Under the pieces are notes generated by a model, which was not told where the DNA came from, did no database searches, and worked only from the letters and a program-made list of their open reading frames with translations. From assembly GCA_964355765.1 (NCBI GenBank), contig CAYHEM010000005.1:33495-97494 (forward strand): a stretch of DNA of 64,000 nt, written 5' to 3'. Positions 41,335 to 52,027 of this stretch are shown in pieces. A program made the position numbers and the translations under genes. The stretch is from an uncultured Gallionella sp. GTDB taxonomy: Bacteria > Pseudomonadota > Gammaproteobacteria > Burkholderiales > Gallionellaceae. How positions within the stretch are numbered: the stretch's first letter is position 1; each line of letters opens with the position of its first letter.

Positions 41335-42168
41335 CTAAGCCAGCAGATTCACCAGCCCATCCAGCCCGACAAAGTTTAATGCGTAACTGGCCTGGGCGCG
41401 TACCACCGGCTTGGCATGGTACGCAATGCTAATGCCGGCCCGCGCCATCATCTTCAGGTCGTTCGCACCATCGCCCACAGCGATAACCTGCTCCGGTCTG
41501 AGCTCCAGTTCTTCGCGTATCTTCACCAGCCAATCCACCTTGCCCTGCGCGTCAAAAATCTTGCCCTGTACCCTGCCGGTAAGTTTTCCGTCAATAATTT
41601 CCAGCGTATTAGCATGGACAAAATCGAGTTGCAGACTCGCCTTGACGCGCTCGGTGAAAAATGTAAATCCGCCGGAAACCAGCAATGTCCTGATGCCGTG
41701 CTCCTTCAGTCTGGCCAGCATCAGCTCGGCTCCGGGATTGAATTGCAAGCGTTCGTCATAGACTCGTTGCAAGGCGTGTTCGTCCAGTCCCGCCAGCAAA
41801 TCCACACGACGGCGCAGACTTTCTGCGAAATCGAGCTCGCCGCGCATCGCCGCTTCCGTAATCGCCGCAACCTGCGGCTTAAGCCCCTGCATGTCGGCAA
41901 TCTCATCGATGCACTCGATGGCAATCAACGTGGAATCCATGTCCATCACCAACAGCCCAAAATCTTTCAACGAGCGACCGCGCGGCACAAAACCATAATC
42001 CAGTTGATGCTCAAAACAATAGGGGGCAATTTCGGGATGCGACTGCGCTTCAGGCAGGCGATAAACATGTTCGGCAATCTGTTCGCGCTGTTTGCTCTGC
42101 GCCAGATCGGCAAGGTGATTCAAATGGGTGGCCGCAATAGCATGAGTAGCCTGAATGATGAGGTTCAT
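41335..42168 (-). CDS. serB: Phosphoserine phosphatase
   Basis: HAD motif I DMDSTLI. C-terminal GDGANDL motif. Confidence 0.9.
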   Translation of the reverse strand: MNLIIQATHAIAATHLNHLADLAQSKQREQIAEHVYRLPEAQSHPEIAPYCFEHQLDYGFVPRGRSLKDFGLLVMDMDSTLIAIECIDEIADMQGLKPQVAAITEAAMRGELDFAESLRRRVDLLAGLDEHALQRVYDERLQFNPGAELMLARLKEHGIRTLLVSGGFTFFTERVKASLQLDFVHANTLEIIDGKLTGRVQGKIFDAQGKVDWLVKIREELELRPEQVIAVGDGANDLKMMARAGISIAYHAKPVVRAQASYALNFVGLDGLVNLLA

Positions 42169-42351
42169 TGGTTTGATCGAGCGTAAAAAAGTAATCGGAC
42201 GCCATTTCCGGCTAGTTGCAATTATCCGTCATTTCGTGCGAATTTTCCCGCTCTGCAAAAAGTTAAAGCGAACAGCTACCGCATCCCACTGAACCGACTG
42301 AGGCTATGCGAGTCGGCCCCCATACGCCAGAACACACTTGTTTTTCTCCCG

Positions 42352-43026
42352 CTATATCAACCCTTTCTCTGCAAATGACAGGGTTTGCCCAGCCGCCACC
42401 ACGAAGTGGTCCAGCACACGCACATCCACCAGACCCAAGGCCTGTTTGAGCGCATCGGTCAGCAAACGGTCGGCTTGGCTGGGTTCAGCAACACCGGAAG
42501 GATGATTGTGTGCAAGGATCACAGCGGCGGCGTTATGCGCCAGCGCGCGCTTGACCACTTCGCGCGGGTAGACACTGGTCTGGCTCAGCGTACCCTGGAA
42601 TAATTCTTCCGAGGCAATTACGCGATGCTGGGTATCGAGAAACAGCGCCAGAAAAACTTCTTGCTGCCGCCCGCCAAGCAACAACTGCAAATAGTCACGC
42701 ACTGCGCGCGGCGAATTGAGCGCATCACCGCGCTGCAATTCCTCCTTCAATGCACGCCGCGACATTTCCAGCACGGCTTGCAGTTGCGCGTATTTTGCCT
42801 GCCCCATGCCGTGCGTTTTGCAGAAATCAATTTCGGCGGCGGCAAACAGCCGGGTGAGGCTGCCGAAGCGGATGAGCAGCTCGCGCGCCAGATCGACCGC
42901 GCTCTTGCCGGTCACACCAGTGCGCAGAAAGATCGCCAGCAGCTCGGCATCGGAGAGCGAGACTGCGCCGCGCTGAAGGAGCTTTTCACGGGGCCGCTCA
43001 CCTTCAGGCCAATCGGAAATAGCCAT
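42352..43026 (-). CDS. radC: RadC family JAB-domain protein
   Basis: HhH N-terminal region and JAB/MPN motif HNHPSG, 224 aa. Confidence 0.9.
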   Translation of the reverse strand: MAISDWPEGERPREKLLQRGAVSLSDAELLAIFLRTGVTGKSAVDLARELLIRFGSLTRLFAAAEIDFCKTHGMGQAKYAQLQAVLEMSRRALKEELQRGDALNSPRAVRDYLQLLLGGRQQEVFLALFLDTQHRVIASEELFQGTLSQTSVYPREVVKRALAHNAAAVILAHNHPSGVAEPSQADRLLTDALKQALGLVDVRVLDHFVVAAGQTLSFAEKGLI

Positions 43027-43067
43027 TTACCTGCCCTCCCAGCCCAGACGGGCTGTTTCTTGATAAG

Positions 43068-44327
43068 ATGCGCGACATTATGGAACAACAATCAGCGGTG
43101 CGCATCACTCTCGGCATCACCGGCGGCATCGCGGCCTACAAGGCGGCGGAATTGCTGCGCCTGTTGATGAAACAGGGAATGGAGGTGCAGGTCGCGATGA
43201 CCGAAGCGGCCTGCCATTTCATCACGCCAACCACGATGCAGGGACTGTCCGGCAAGTCGGTTCTGACCTCGCAGTGGAACAACACCGACAATGGCATGGC
43301 GCATATCAGCCTGAGCCGCGCTGCCGATGCGATTGTCATCGCGCCGGCGACCGCTGATTTTATTGCCAAGCTGGCGCATGGCCTGGCGAATGATCTGCTC
43401 TCCACGCTCTGTCTGGCACGACAGTGTCCGCTGCTGATCGCACCGGCGATGAACCACGAGATGTGGCAGAACGCCGCGACACAACGCAATATTGCACAAC
43501 TGCTTGCTGATGGCGTGCAGGTGCTTGGGCCGGACTGTGGCATGCAGGCCTGCGGCGAGGAAGGTATGGGGCGGATGCTGGAAGCCGAGGAACTGGCGCG
43601 AGCCGTGATGGCATTTTTACAAGCAACGCCTCTTGCACCTACCCTCACCCCAGCCCTCTCCCTCTCCCGCTCGCGGGAGAGGGCGTTAAATGGTGTGAAG
43701 ATTCTCATCACCGCCGGACCGACCTATGAGGCAATCGATGCGGTGCGCGGCATTACCAACCGCAGCTCAGGAAAAATGGGTTACGCCATTGCGCAGGCTG
43801 CGCTGGAGCAAGGCGCGGAAGTGGTGCTGATATCCGGCCCGACGGCACTCGCCAAACCACACGGTGTGCAGGGCGTGGATGTCATAAGTGCCGCACAAAT
43901 GTTCGCGGCGGCACAAGACCAAGCCAGCGCTTGCGATATTTTCATCGGCGTGGCAGCGGTGGCGGATTACCGTGTCGCACAGCCGAGCGCACAGAAAATC
44001 AAGAAGAACGCGGATACGCTTACGCTGGAACTGGTGCCCAATCCGGACATTCTGGCGCATGTCGCCAACCTGCCGAACCCACCGTTTTGTGTGGGATTTG
44101 CCGCCGAGAGCGAGAACCTTGCGGAGTACGCAGAGCAGAAACGCCGCGCGAAGAAGCTGCCGCTGCTGGTGGGCAATCTCGCGCAAAATGCCATCGGCAG
44201 TGACGACAATGAACTGGTGCTGTTTGACGACAGTGGCAGCCATGTTTTGCCACGCGCCGACAAGTTGACATTGGCAAGGCTATTGATGCAACAGATTGCG
44301 CAACGCTATAAAGGAGCAAACAAATGA
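43068..44327 (+). CDS. coaBC: Bifunctional phosphopantothenoylcysteine decarboxylase/phosphopantothenate--cysteine ligase
   Basis: [10 protein letters not shown] flavoprotein motif, CoaB motifs ITAGPT and SSGKMG. The start may instead be the ATG at 43080. Confidence 0.93.
   Translation: MRDIMEQQSAVRITLGITGGIAAYKAAELLRLLMKQGMEVQVAMTEAACHFITPTTMQGLSGKSVLTSQWNNTDNGMAHISLSRAADAIVIAPATADFIAKLAHGLANDLLSTLCLARQCPLLIAPAMNHEMWQNAATQRNIAQLLADGVQVLGPDCGMQACGEEGMGRMLEAEELARAVMAFLQATPLAPTLTPALSLSRSRERALNGVKILITAGPTYEAIDAVRGITNRSSGKMGYAIAQAALEQGAEVVLISGPTALAKPHGVQGVDVISAAQMFAAAQDQASACDIFIGVAAVADYRVAQPSAQKIKKNADTLTLELVPNPDILAHVANLPNPPFCVGFAAESENLAEYAEQKRRAKKLPLLVGNLAQNAIGSDDNELVLFDDSGSHVLPRADKLTLARLLMQQIAQRYKGANK
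43641..43683. repeat. REP-like element inside the coaBC interdomain linker
   Basis: ACCCTCACCCCAGCCCTCTC box, then a perfect 11-bp stem CCCTCTCCCGC-TC-GCGGGAGAGGG (43660-43683). Read in frame as [14 protein letters not shown]. Confidence 0.7.
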
Positions 44328-44779
44328 AGCATATCCCGGTGGATGTCAAAATTCTCGATCCCAGCCTGCATGAAAGCATGCCGGGCTATGCGACCGCCGG
44401 TTCTGCCGGAATCGATTTGCGCGCATGCATCGATCACAACATGGTGATTCAACCCAAGCAGTGCGAGCTCATCCCGAGCGGCATCGCCATTCACCTGAAG
44501 GATCCGGGCTACGCCGCGATGATCCTGCCGCGCTCCGGGCTGGGACACAAACACGGCATCGTGCTCGGCAACCTGGTCGGGCTGATCGATTCAGATTATC
44601 AGGGGCAGATTTTTGTTTCGCTATGGAACCGCAGCCAGATACCCTTCACGCTGATGCCGATGGAACGCATGGCGCAACTGGTAATCGTGCCGGTGATGCA
44701 GGCGAAATTTAATATTGTGGAAGAATTTTCGCTGAGCGCGCGCGGCAGCGGCGGTTTTGGCAGTACCGGCAAGCATTAA
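44324..44779 (+). CDS. dut: dUTP diphosphatase
   Basis: 151 aa with GLIDSDYQG motif. ATGA overlap with coaBC. Confidence 0.95.
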   Translation: MKHIPVDVKILDPSLHESMPGYATAGSAGIDLRACIDHNMVIQPKQCELIPSGIAIHLKDPGYAAMILPRSGLGHKHGIVLGNLVGLIDSDYQGQIFVSLWNRSQIPFTLMPMERMAQLVIVPVMQAKFNIVEEFSLSARGSGGFGSTGKH

Positions 44780-44806
44780 AAAAGCCCGCTGACGCGGGCT
44801 TTTTTG
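44778..44806. terminator. Bidirectional rho-independent terminator (dut / PEGA lipoprotein gene)
   Basis: AAAAAAGCCCGC-tgac-GCGGGCTTTTTT. Confidence 0.75.
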
Positions 44807-44818
44807 CGCAGAACAGAA

Positions 44819-45850
44819 TCAGCGCTTCAGATCCAATTCCATTTCGGTGTTATCGCCTCTACGCACCGATACCTTTTCGGTGACCATATTGTAGCCTTCC
44901 AGTTTTACGCTGATGGCATGTACGCCAGGCTCCATTTCAAGACGCAACGGGGACAGCCCATAATAAACCCCGTCCAGATACACCTTGGCGCGCGACGGGC
45001 TGGTATTCACCAGCAACAGCCCAGTAGTATCGCTGGCACGCGGCATATAGGCGGGTGGCGGAACCGGCTGCATGCCACCGTGGCTTGGCATCATGGCTGC
45101 AGGGGCTGCCGGCGCGGACTTGGCGGCAGTGGGTGCGACATATACCGTCACGCCGGGAATCGGCTTGGTGCCTGCCGTCAAATTAAACAATTCCGGCTGT
45201 GATGCCATCAGCGACGCGCTGACCGCTTCTACGGTCTTGTTGCTGGCAACGCGCAATTCCTTGTTCAGATAAGCGACCACGTCCTCCTTGTTATTGCCGG
45301 AAACACCGGCAAAGCGATCGTTCTTTTCAGTGACCAAACCTGACCACACCACTTTGCCGCTAGACACCTCTTTCAGGGTCGTTTCAATCGCGATGTTGAT
45401 TTCGTCGCGGTCCTTGACGTTCAAAGTCAGGTCCTTGATGACGCCCGATACTTCAAACAGGGCGTTGCTGGCGCTGCTGCCTTCCAGCACCTGATAGTTT
45501 TCCGTGTCAAAGCGCGTTTTGATGGCTATTGTGACGATATTCGCGATCTCCTGATCGAGCAGCAACTCCTTGCCATCCACGCCACGAACGCGCTGCGTAG
45601 TTATCCCCAGCAAACGCGGATTGCCGTGCTTGCGCTGATCGACATACTTGTTGACGCGCAAGGTTGCGGCATATTTGAGCGTGGGTCCTGAACTGCCGCC
45701 TGTCGTCTTTTTTCCGGTGGAAGTACTGAGCGTGGTGTCACCGCCATCAAACCATCCGACAACGGAATCCTTGGCATCCTTAACCGTGGAACACCCGGCA
45801 ACAGCTGACAACAGCACAACCAGCGCAATGCGCTGCAATAATGAATTCAT
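44819..45850 (-). CDS. PEGA domain-containing lipoprotein
   Basis: The ATG at 45850 gives MNSLLQRIALVVLLSAVAGCS (lipobox). The C-terminus has a PEGA-type domain (SRAKVYLDGVYYGLSPLRLEMEPGVHAISVKLEGY). Confidence 0.75.
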   Translation of the reverse strand: MNSLLQRIALVVLLSAVAGCSTVKDAKDSVVGWFDGGDTTLSTSTGKKTTGGSSGPTLKYAATLRVNKYVDQRKHGNPRLLGITTQRVRGVDGKELLLDQEIANIVTIAIKTRFDTENYQVLEGSSASNALFEVSGVIKDLTLNVKDRDEINIAIETTLKEVSSGKVVWSGLVTEKNDRFAGVSGNNKEDVVAYLNKELRVASNKTVEAVSASLMASQPELFNLTAGTKPIPGVTVYVAPTAAKSAPAAPAAMMPSHGGMQPVPPPAYMPRASDTTGLLLVNTSPSRAKVYLDGVYYGLSPLRLEMEPGVHAISVKLEGYNMVTEKVSVRRGDNTEMELDLKR

Positions 45851-45897
45851 GAATTTCACCTCGGAATTTTTCAAGCGTATTAGATTTTTAAAATGTA

Positions 45898-46494
45898 TCA
45901 GCCGCGCGCGATCACGGCTTCGATTTCGGCGAAAGTGTGGGCCAACTCGAAGCTTTGAAGCTGGACGCCTAGCTGGCGGGAAATTTGGGTAATAGAAAAC
46001 AAGCCGCACACTGTTTGGCTGCCATTCGCGCCTTCAGCCACCACCAGTGCATGCTGCCGGTTGGATCTTTTAAGGCTGACGACAACTTGCCCAACCTTGG
46101 CATGCTGCACATCGTCCATCTTTAATACTTCCAGTTCGCCTTGCGCGGTCATGATATCGCGCACCAGGATGTCGGCATGCGTTCCGCCCATGGTTTGCAG
46201 GAAGCGCATCGGCCTTTCTCCCATCACATCGGTTGCCGTCAGCAACCCTGCCAACTGCTCGTTATCATCCAGCACCAGCAGCATACGCACGCCATAACGG
46301 ATCATTTTGGCATTGGCCCTGTCCATTGAAGTCTGGGCGCGTACGCCGACCAATGAAACCTTACTCAAATCGGTCATCACGTCCATCGCCGGGTCGCTCA
46401 GCTTGACGCGCTCTGGAAGGGCCTGTACCGGATGCGCGAAAGTCGAACCCGCTTTCAATGGAAAAGATTGCAGGGGGGTATATTCCTTGGTCAC
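45898..46494 (-). CDS. CBS domain-containing protein
   Basis: 198 aa with tandem CBS-like segments (DVMT...VGV..., VRDIMT...LEVL...). Confidence 0.75.
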   Translation of the reverse strand: MTKEYTPLQSFPLKAGSTFAHPVQALPERVKLSDPAMDVMTDLSKVSLVGVRAQTSMDRANAKMIRYGVRMLLVLDDNEQLAGLLTATDVMGERPMRFLQTMGGTHADILVRDIMTAQGELEVLKMDDVQHAKVGQVVVSLKRSNRQHALVVAEGANGSQTVCGLFSITQISRQLGVQLQSFELAHTFAEIEAVIARG

Positions 46495-46530
46495 AACTGT
46501 CGCTCCTTAAAATAACTCACTAAAAATTAT

Positions 46531-47049
46531 CTATGCCACATGATGCACCTGTGGCGAACAAACAGCATTGTTTGCTGGTGCGGGAAGATAGCGCACCAAT
46601 TCATTAAGCGCCCTCGTGTAAACCTCACGCTTGAATTCAATTACGGCATTGATATCCAGCCAATAATCATTCCAGCGCCACGCATCAAACTCGGGATGCG
46701 GGCAAGCACGCAGACAGACATCACAATCACGACCCGTCAGACGCAACAAAAACCATATCTGTTTTTGCCCGCGATAGTTACCGCGCGATTCACGCTTGCT
46801 CCAGCTTTGCGGAACCTCATAGCGCATCCAGTCACGGGTGCGTCCGAGTATTTTCACATGCTCCGGCATCAAGCCAACTTCCTCATGCAACTCGCGGTAC
46901 ATCGCCTGCTCCGGAGTTTCGCCGTGCTGAATGCCGCCTTGCGGAAATTGCCACGCATGCTGCCGCACCCGCTTGCCCCAGAACACCTGATTACTGTCAT
47001 TAGTGATAATGATGCCGACATTCGGACGGTAGCCGTCACGGTCTATCAT
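46531..47049 (-). CDS. rppH: RNA pyrophosphohydrolase
   Basis: Starts [14 protein letters not shown]. Nudix box [22 protein letters not shown]. Confidence 0.92.
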   Translation of the reverse strand: MIDRDGYRPNVGIIITNDSNQVFWGKRVRQHAWQFPQGGIQHGETPEQAMYRELHEEVGLMPEHVKILGRTRDWMRYEVPQSWSKRESRGNYRGQKQIWFLLRLTGRDCDVCLRACPHPEFDAWRWNDYWLDINAVIEFKREVYTRALNELVRYLPAPANNAVCSPQVHHVA

Positions 47050-47192
47050 TTGCCATTCTATTCGGTTAATTTCAACGGTCGGATTCTTTCACATTTCCCC
47101 TGTTATGGAAAGCGAATGCGCCCCGCCATACCGAATGGCGCGCATTCCCTGTAAAATCGCAACTTCATCATCATTATCCGGGTCGCCTCACC

Positions 47193-48893
47193 ATGCGCGT
47201 TTCACAATTTTTCATCTCCACCCTCAAGGAAGCTCCGGCAGAGGCAGAGCTCCCAAGCCACAAACTGATGCTGCGCTCAGGCTACATCAAAAAACTGGCC
47301 AGCGGCCTGTATACGTGGATGCCTTTGGGTTTGCGTGTGCTGCGCAAAGTGGAAAGCGCAGTGCGCGAGGAAATGGATAAAAGCGGCGGCATTGAGCTAT
47401 TGATGCCTGCGGTGCAACCCGCCGAGCTGTGGCAGGAGACCGGGCGCTGGGCGGTATTCGGTCCGCAGATGCTGAAAATCAAGGATCGGCACGACAATGA
47501 TTTCTGCTTTGGTCCCACTCACGAAGAGGTCATCACCGACATCGCGCGCCGCGATATCCGCAGCTACCGCCAGTTGCCGGTGAATTTTTACCAGATACAA
47601 ACCAAGTTCCGCGACGAGGTGCGCCCGCGCTTCGGCGTGATGCGCGCCCGCGAGTTCGTAATGAAAGACGCCTATTCCTTTCACGCCGATTACGCCAGTC
47701 TGGAGCAGACCTATCAGGCCATGCACGACACCTACAGCCGCATCTTTACCCGCCTCGGCTTGCAGTTCCGCGCCGTCGCGGCGGATACCGGCGCAATCGG
47801 CGGCAGTGGTTCGCACGAATTTCATGTGCTGGCCGATGCGGGCGAGGATGCGTTGGCGTTCTGTCCGGATTCAGACTATGCGGCAAATGTAGAACTGGCA
47901 GAAGCTGTCGCACCCGACACACCCCGCGCCGCTGCAACACAGGAAATGCAGAAGGCCATCACGCCCGGCCAGCGTTCCATCGAGGAAGTTGCCGCGTTCT
48001 TCAATACCTCCGCACAAAAGGTATTGAAGGCCATTGCCGTGGTGAACCACGAGGACGAATTCGTGCTGCTATTGCTGCGCGGTGACCATATGCTGAACGA
48101 GCTCAAGGCTGGCAAGGTGCTGGGCGATTTCCGTTTCGCCACGGACGAGGAAATCCAGCGCAACATGAATTGCCGTGCCGGCTATATCGGGCCGGTGAAC
48201 ACCAGCGTACGCCTGCTGATCGACCGTGCCGCCGCTGCGCTGGGCGACTTCATCTGCGGCGCGAACGACGATGGGTTTCATTACACCGGCGTGAATTTCG
48301 GACGAGACCTTGCGCTCGATGAAACCAGCATCCACGACCTGCGCAACGTAGTCGCGGGCGATCCCTCGCCGGACGGCAAGGGTGCGCTGGAGCTGTGCCG
48401 CGGTATCGAAGTCGGCCACATCTTCCAGTTGCGCACCAAATATTCCGAGGCACTCAACGCCACTTTCCTCGACGAAAATGGCAAGTCGCAAATGATGGAG
48501 ATGGGCTGCTATGGCATCGGTGTGTCGCGCATCGTGGCTGCCGCCATCGAGCAGAACTTCGACGAGCGCGGCATCACCCTGCCCGCCGCGATGGCACCGT
48601 TCCAGATCGCTATCGCACCCATCGGTATCAGGAAGAGTGAGGCCGTGCGCAACGCAGCAGAACAGCTTTATATCAAATTAAGCGCGGCGGGCATCGAGGT
48701 ATTGCTGGATGACCGCGACGAGCGCCCCGGCGTGATGTTCGCCGATATGGAACTGATCGGCATCCCGCATCGCATCGTCATCGGCGAGCGCGGGTTGAAG
48801 GATGGCAACGCGGAATATCAGGGACGCCGCGATACTGCTGCACAGATTATTCCCTTGCAAAGCGCGCTGGAGTTTGTAGAATCAAAACTGTGA
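47193..48893 (+). CDS. proS: Proline--tRNA ligase
   Basis: 566 aa. Bacterial-type ProRS with an inserted editing domain. N-terminus [19 protein letters not shown]. Confidence 0.96.
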   Translation: MRVSQFFISTLKEAPAEAELPSHKLMLRSGYIKKLASGLYTWMPLGLRVLRKVESAVREEMDKSGGIELLMPAVQPAELWQETGRWAVFGPQMLKIKDRHDNDFCFGPTHEEVITDIARRDIRSYRQLPVNFYQIQTKFRDEVRPRFGVMRAREFVMKDAYSFHADYASLEQTYQAMHDTYSRIFTRLGLQFRAVAADTGAIGGSGSHEFHVLADAGEDALAFCPDSDYAANVELAEAVAPDTPRAAATQEMQKAITPGQRSIEEVAAFFNTSAQKVLKAIAVVNHEDEFVLLLLRGDHMLNELKAGKVLGDFRFATDEEIQRNMNCRAGYIGPVNTSVRLLIDRAAAALGDFICGANDDGFHYTGVNFGRDLALDETSIHDLRNVVAGDPSPDGKGALELCRGIEVGHIFQLRTKYSEALNATFLDENGKSQMMEMGCYGIGVSRIVAAAIEQNFDERGITLPAAMAPFQIAIAPIGIRKSEAVRNAAEQLYIKLSAAGIEVLLDDRDERPGVMFADMELIGIPHRIVIGERGLKDGNAEYQGRRDTAAQIIPLQSALEFVESKL

Positions 48894-48912
48894 AAGCGGA
48901 AAAACCAGGACC

Positions 48913-48990
48913 GGGAATCGAGGAACGAGGATTGAGCAGGATCCTCCGCTCTGCCTTTAGCCCGTTCCTCGCTCCTCGCTCCTCGCTCCT
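48913..48990 (+). repeat. Purine-arm/pyrimidine-arm imperfect palindrome (copy 4, GAGGAACGAGGA word type)
   Basis: GGGAATCGAGGAACGAGGATTGAGCAGGA, then TCCTCCGCTCTGCCTTTAGCCCGTTCCTCGCTCCTCGCTCCTCGCTCC. The right arm contains 3 x CCTCGCT. Confidence 0.65.
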
Positions 48991-49591
48991 TATAGCTGGC
49001 CTATTTTTCGCTAGCTCCACTTCCGCCGGCTCACAGGTATATGTACCGCTCTCTGCCAGTGTGCGCGCGGTAATGCAGCGCAGCGTGTCGGATCAGGCAG
49101 CACCCAAACTGGCATTCGCTACGCAACAGGAGGCGGATGCCTGGCTGAACGAAATGTCACGGCGTCTGCAGGAACGTATCCAGGATACCGATTCCCGCCT
49201 TGATTTCCTGCGCACGGCGCACTACGAGGCAACCCGCGCCGGGTTGGATCCGCAACTGGTGCTGGGAATCATCGAGGTGGAAAGCGGCTTCAAGAAATAC
49301 GCTATCTCGCGCGCCGGCGCACGCGGCTACATGCAGGTGATGCCATTCTGGACCAAGGAAATCGGCCTGCCGGGAAACAATCTGTTCCATCTGCGCACTA
49401 ACTTGCGTTATGGCTGTACCATCCTGCGCCACTACCTGGACATCGAGAAGGGCGACCTGTATCGCGCGCTCGGTCGCTATAACGGCAGCCTGGGCCGACC
49501 CGAATATCCAAACCTGGTACGCGCCGCCTGGCACAACAACTGGGCGCTGCCAAGTCGCACCGTCAGCAGCACATCCCTTCCGGCTAGTTGA
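48932..49591 (+). CDS. Lytic transglycosylase (SLT domain) with signal peptide; start uncertain
   Basis: SLT motif EVESGFKKYAISRAGARGYMQVMP. The ORF opens at GTG 48890, overlapping the proS stop. TTG 48932 would give MSRILRSAFSPFLAPRSSLLIAGLFFASSTSAGS. Either way the N-terminus is encoded by the palindromic element. Confidence 0.7.
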   Translation: MSRILRSAFSPFLAPRSSLLIAGLFFASSTSAGSQVYVPLSASVRAVMQRSVSDQAAPKLAFATQQEADAWLNEMSRRLQERIQDTDSRLDFLRTAHYEATRAGLDPQLVLGIIEVESGFKKYAISRAGARGYMQVMPFWTKEIGLPGNNLFHLRTNLRYGCTILRHYLDIEKGDLYRALGRYNGSLGRPEYPNLVRAAWHNNWALPSRTVSSTSLPAS

Positions 49592-50045
49592 ATTTCCTGC
49601 TTTTGATAAAGGCCTCGATGCTATCGCGCGTCACTTCCCCTGGCTGATAACTTACCTGCTCGCCGTTTGGTGCATATAAATAGCTGGTTGGCAGCACTTC
49701 CATCTTGCCGATCTGCGCTGTAATCTCTTCATTACCCATCACAACCGGATAGCTCATGCCATGCGCCTTGGCGAAATCAGCCACTATTCGTCTGGAGCCG
49801 GAATCGATGGCAATACCAATCACCACCAGATCCTTGTCCTTGTGGGCATTGTGCAGGCTGGCCAATTCGGGAATCTCGCTCACGCATGGCGGACACCATG
49901 TTGCCCAAAAATTTATCAGCACCCACTTGCCGCGATAATCTGCCAGACGGTGCATTTTGCCCTGCATGTCTTCCAGTGAAAAACCTGCCGCATAGCCGGG
50001 AAACGGCAGGATCAGCAACAGTAACAAGCAGCGTAACAGCCTCAT
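49584..50045 (-). CDS. TlpA-family thiol:disulfide oxidoreductase
   Basis: Signal peptide plus thioredoxin-fold motif WATWCPPC. Confidence 0.88.
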   Translation of the reverse strand: MRLLRCLLLLLILPFPGYAAGFSLEDMQGKMHRLADYRGKWVLINFWATWCPPCVSEIPELASLHNAHKDKDLVVIGIAIDSGSRRIVADFAKAHGMSYPVVMGNEEITAQIGKMEVLPTSYLYAPNGEQVSYQPGEVTRDSIEAFIKSRKFN

Positions 50046-50147
50046 AAAACCTCAATAAGAAATTGGTATCCGCTTCATTCGGGTTCTTGTCCGGCTTGAA
50101 GGCAGGCTTTAGTTTGCATGGTCAATGCCAGCCGCAAAAATCATGCC

Positions 50148-50747
50148 CTAGAAAAGGGGGTGCATCGGCTTATCAAACCACAACCGCTTGCGTTCCAACC
50201 CGTAGGTGCCGATCAACTTCCATTGACCCGCTTCCTTGGCCAGCACATGCTCCTGGTTGTTCCAGTTATCAATAGTAATGGGTGTTTTTTTAGTGTCCGG
50301 CACGCCAAGTAGAAGACCATTACACTGAAAAACGACCATGTTTTTATCTGTCGTCACTTTTCCAAGCTTCATGTTATGGTGCATTGCCATGGTGTCAAAC
50401 GTGGCAAATATTTTTTGCCATATCAGTCTCGCAGATTTTTTATCATGTTCGCCATTGCTATAGTTATCCGAATACAGCGCCATAAGGGCTTCAATATCCT
50501 TTGTTTCGATGGCCTTTTCAGCTGCATGGAAAAAAACCATCAGTTCATCGAAGGTCTGCTCCCCCAGTTTTTCTTTCGCAGCAGGATCGACTTCCAGAGC
50601 ATATTTATCCGAGAGCCTGTGTTCGCTCCCAACAGCCGTACCGGCAAAGAGGGTGGCTGCTACCAGGATAGGCGCACCGCACATGACAACGAGACGATTT
50701 ATGGTGCTTATGTGATTTGCAAGAAAAGTCATAATTAGCTCCTTCAA
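50148..50747 (-). CDS. Hypothetical membrane-anchored/secreted protein, possibly NTF2-like fold
   Basis: N-terminal hydrophobic segment. The rest resembles SnoaL/DUF4440-type sequences (IEALMALYSDNY...). Weak assignment. Confidence 0.4.
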   Translation of the reverse strand: MKELIMTFLANHISTINRLVVMCGAPILVAATLFAGTAVGSEHRLSDKYALEVDPAAKEKLGEQTFDELMVFFHAAEKAIETKDIEALMALYSDNYSNGEHDKKSARLIWQKIFATFDTMAMHHNMKLGKVTTDKNMVVFQCNGLLLGVPDTKKTPITIDNWNNQEHVLAKEAGQWKLIGTYGLERKRLWFDKPMHPLF

Positions 50748-50771
50748 TAATTCTGCGGCAACATATCCCGC

Positions 50772-51944
50772 TCATTTCGGAAAAGAATCTGGCAGCGTAA
50801 CATGCTGCCACCCCTGCCCACTCAGCGCCCCCAAAAAGGCCACCAAGTCCGCCTGCTCCTGCTCTGTGAGATCCAGCTTAATAAAATCCACCTCTGCTGG
50901 AAGCTTTTCTCGAGCATCCCTTTTTCCATAGTACTCCAGCAGTTGCTCCAATGTACGATTCGGACGCCTCATTTCAACGTCCAGAAAAGGGTTAGCCACG
51001 CCTCCCCTGTCGTATAGAGTCACCACCTCTTGCAAAGTTTCAATAGTTCCGTTGTGCATGTAGGGCGCCGTATTGGCAACCTCTCTCAGCGTAGGCGTCT
51101 TGAAGGCGCCTATATCCTGTTCATCTCCGGTGACCTTGTAACGACCAAGATCGACACGATTACTGTCCCAGTCGACGCCCAAATTGTGATATTTCTCATC
51201 GGTAAAATTCGGCCCGCTATGGCATTGCGTGCAACGTGCCCTGCCTTCAAAAAGCGCCAGCCCGCGTTTTTCCGCCTCATTGAGCGCCTGCTGATTTCCC
51301 GCCTTGAATTCATCATATCTGGAACCGCCGGAAAGCACGGTGCGTTCAAAAGCCGCAATCGCACGGGCCAGGTCATCGATATTCACCTCTCCGGCAAAAA
51401 CCCTTTTGAACCAGCTCCGGTAACCCTGGATACCTGCCACCTTGCTGACGAGCAGCTCGTGGCTGCTCATGGCCATCTCTTTCGGATTGATTAATGGCAG
51501 CCTGAGCTGCTCCTCCAGCGAGCCTGCTCTGCCATCCCAGAACTGTTCCCGGGAGAACGCCCGGTTGATAATCGTGGGCGAATTTCTATCCCCGGCTGCC
51601 TGTCCCACGCCCAGCGCGACTTGACGGTTGTCTGAAAAAGCGGCCTGCGGAAGATGGCAAGTGGCGCATGAGACGCTATTATCGCCTGAGAGCCGCGTAT
51701 CAAAAAAAAGCGTGCGCCCCAGCTCAACCTTGTCCTTGCTCATCGGATTATCGGGGGGCAGGATGAAATCCTCCCGATTCAGGCCGCTTGGCAGCTCTAT
51801 TTTAAAATCCTCGAACTGCATCGTCTGACTGGCTAGCGGCGAGCCCTCAGCCAGCGCATGGCCCGCAGAAAAAACCCCGAGAACAAGTCCCAGGCAAACG
51901 CCGCAACTGGCGCGGCGAACATCGATATCACAAGGTTTTGTCAT
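50772..51944 (-). CDS. Di-haem cytochrome c peroxidase (CCP/MauG family)
   Basis: Two haem c motifs, CATCH and CTQCH. The ATG at 51944 gives a signal-peptide-like start; the ORF extends to 51983. Confidence 0.9.
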   Translation of the reverse strand: MTKPCDIDVRRASCGVCLGLVLGVFSAGHALAEGSPLASQTMQFEDFKIELPSGLNREDFILPPDNPMSKDKVELGRTLFFDTRLSGDNSVSCATCHLPQAAFSDNRQVALGVGQAAGDRNSPTIINRAFSREQFWDGRAGSLEEQLRLPLINPKEMAMSSHELLVSKVAGIQGYRSWFKRVFAGEVNIDDLARAIAAFERTVLSGGSRYDEFKAGNQQALNEAEKRGLALFEGRARCTQCHSGPNFTDEKYHNLGVDWDSNRVDLGRYKVTGDEQDIGAFKTPTLREVANTAPYMHNGTIETLQEVVTLYDRGGVANPFLDVEMRRPNRTLEQLLEYYGKRDAREKLPAEVDFIKLDLTEQEQADLVAFLGALSGQGWQHVTLPDSFPK

Positions 51945-52027
51945 CTCAACCCGCTTTCGAGTCAGGAATTCAGCAGACTGCATCGTGACTGCAATAGTTC
52001 ACCAAGCGATCAAAAACATTCTATCGA

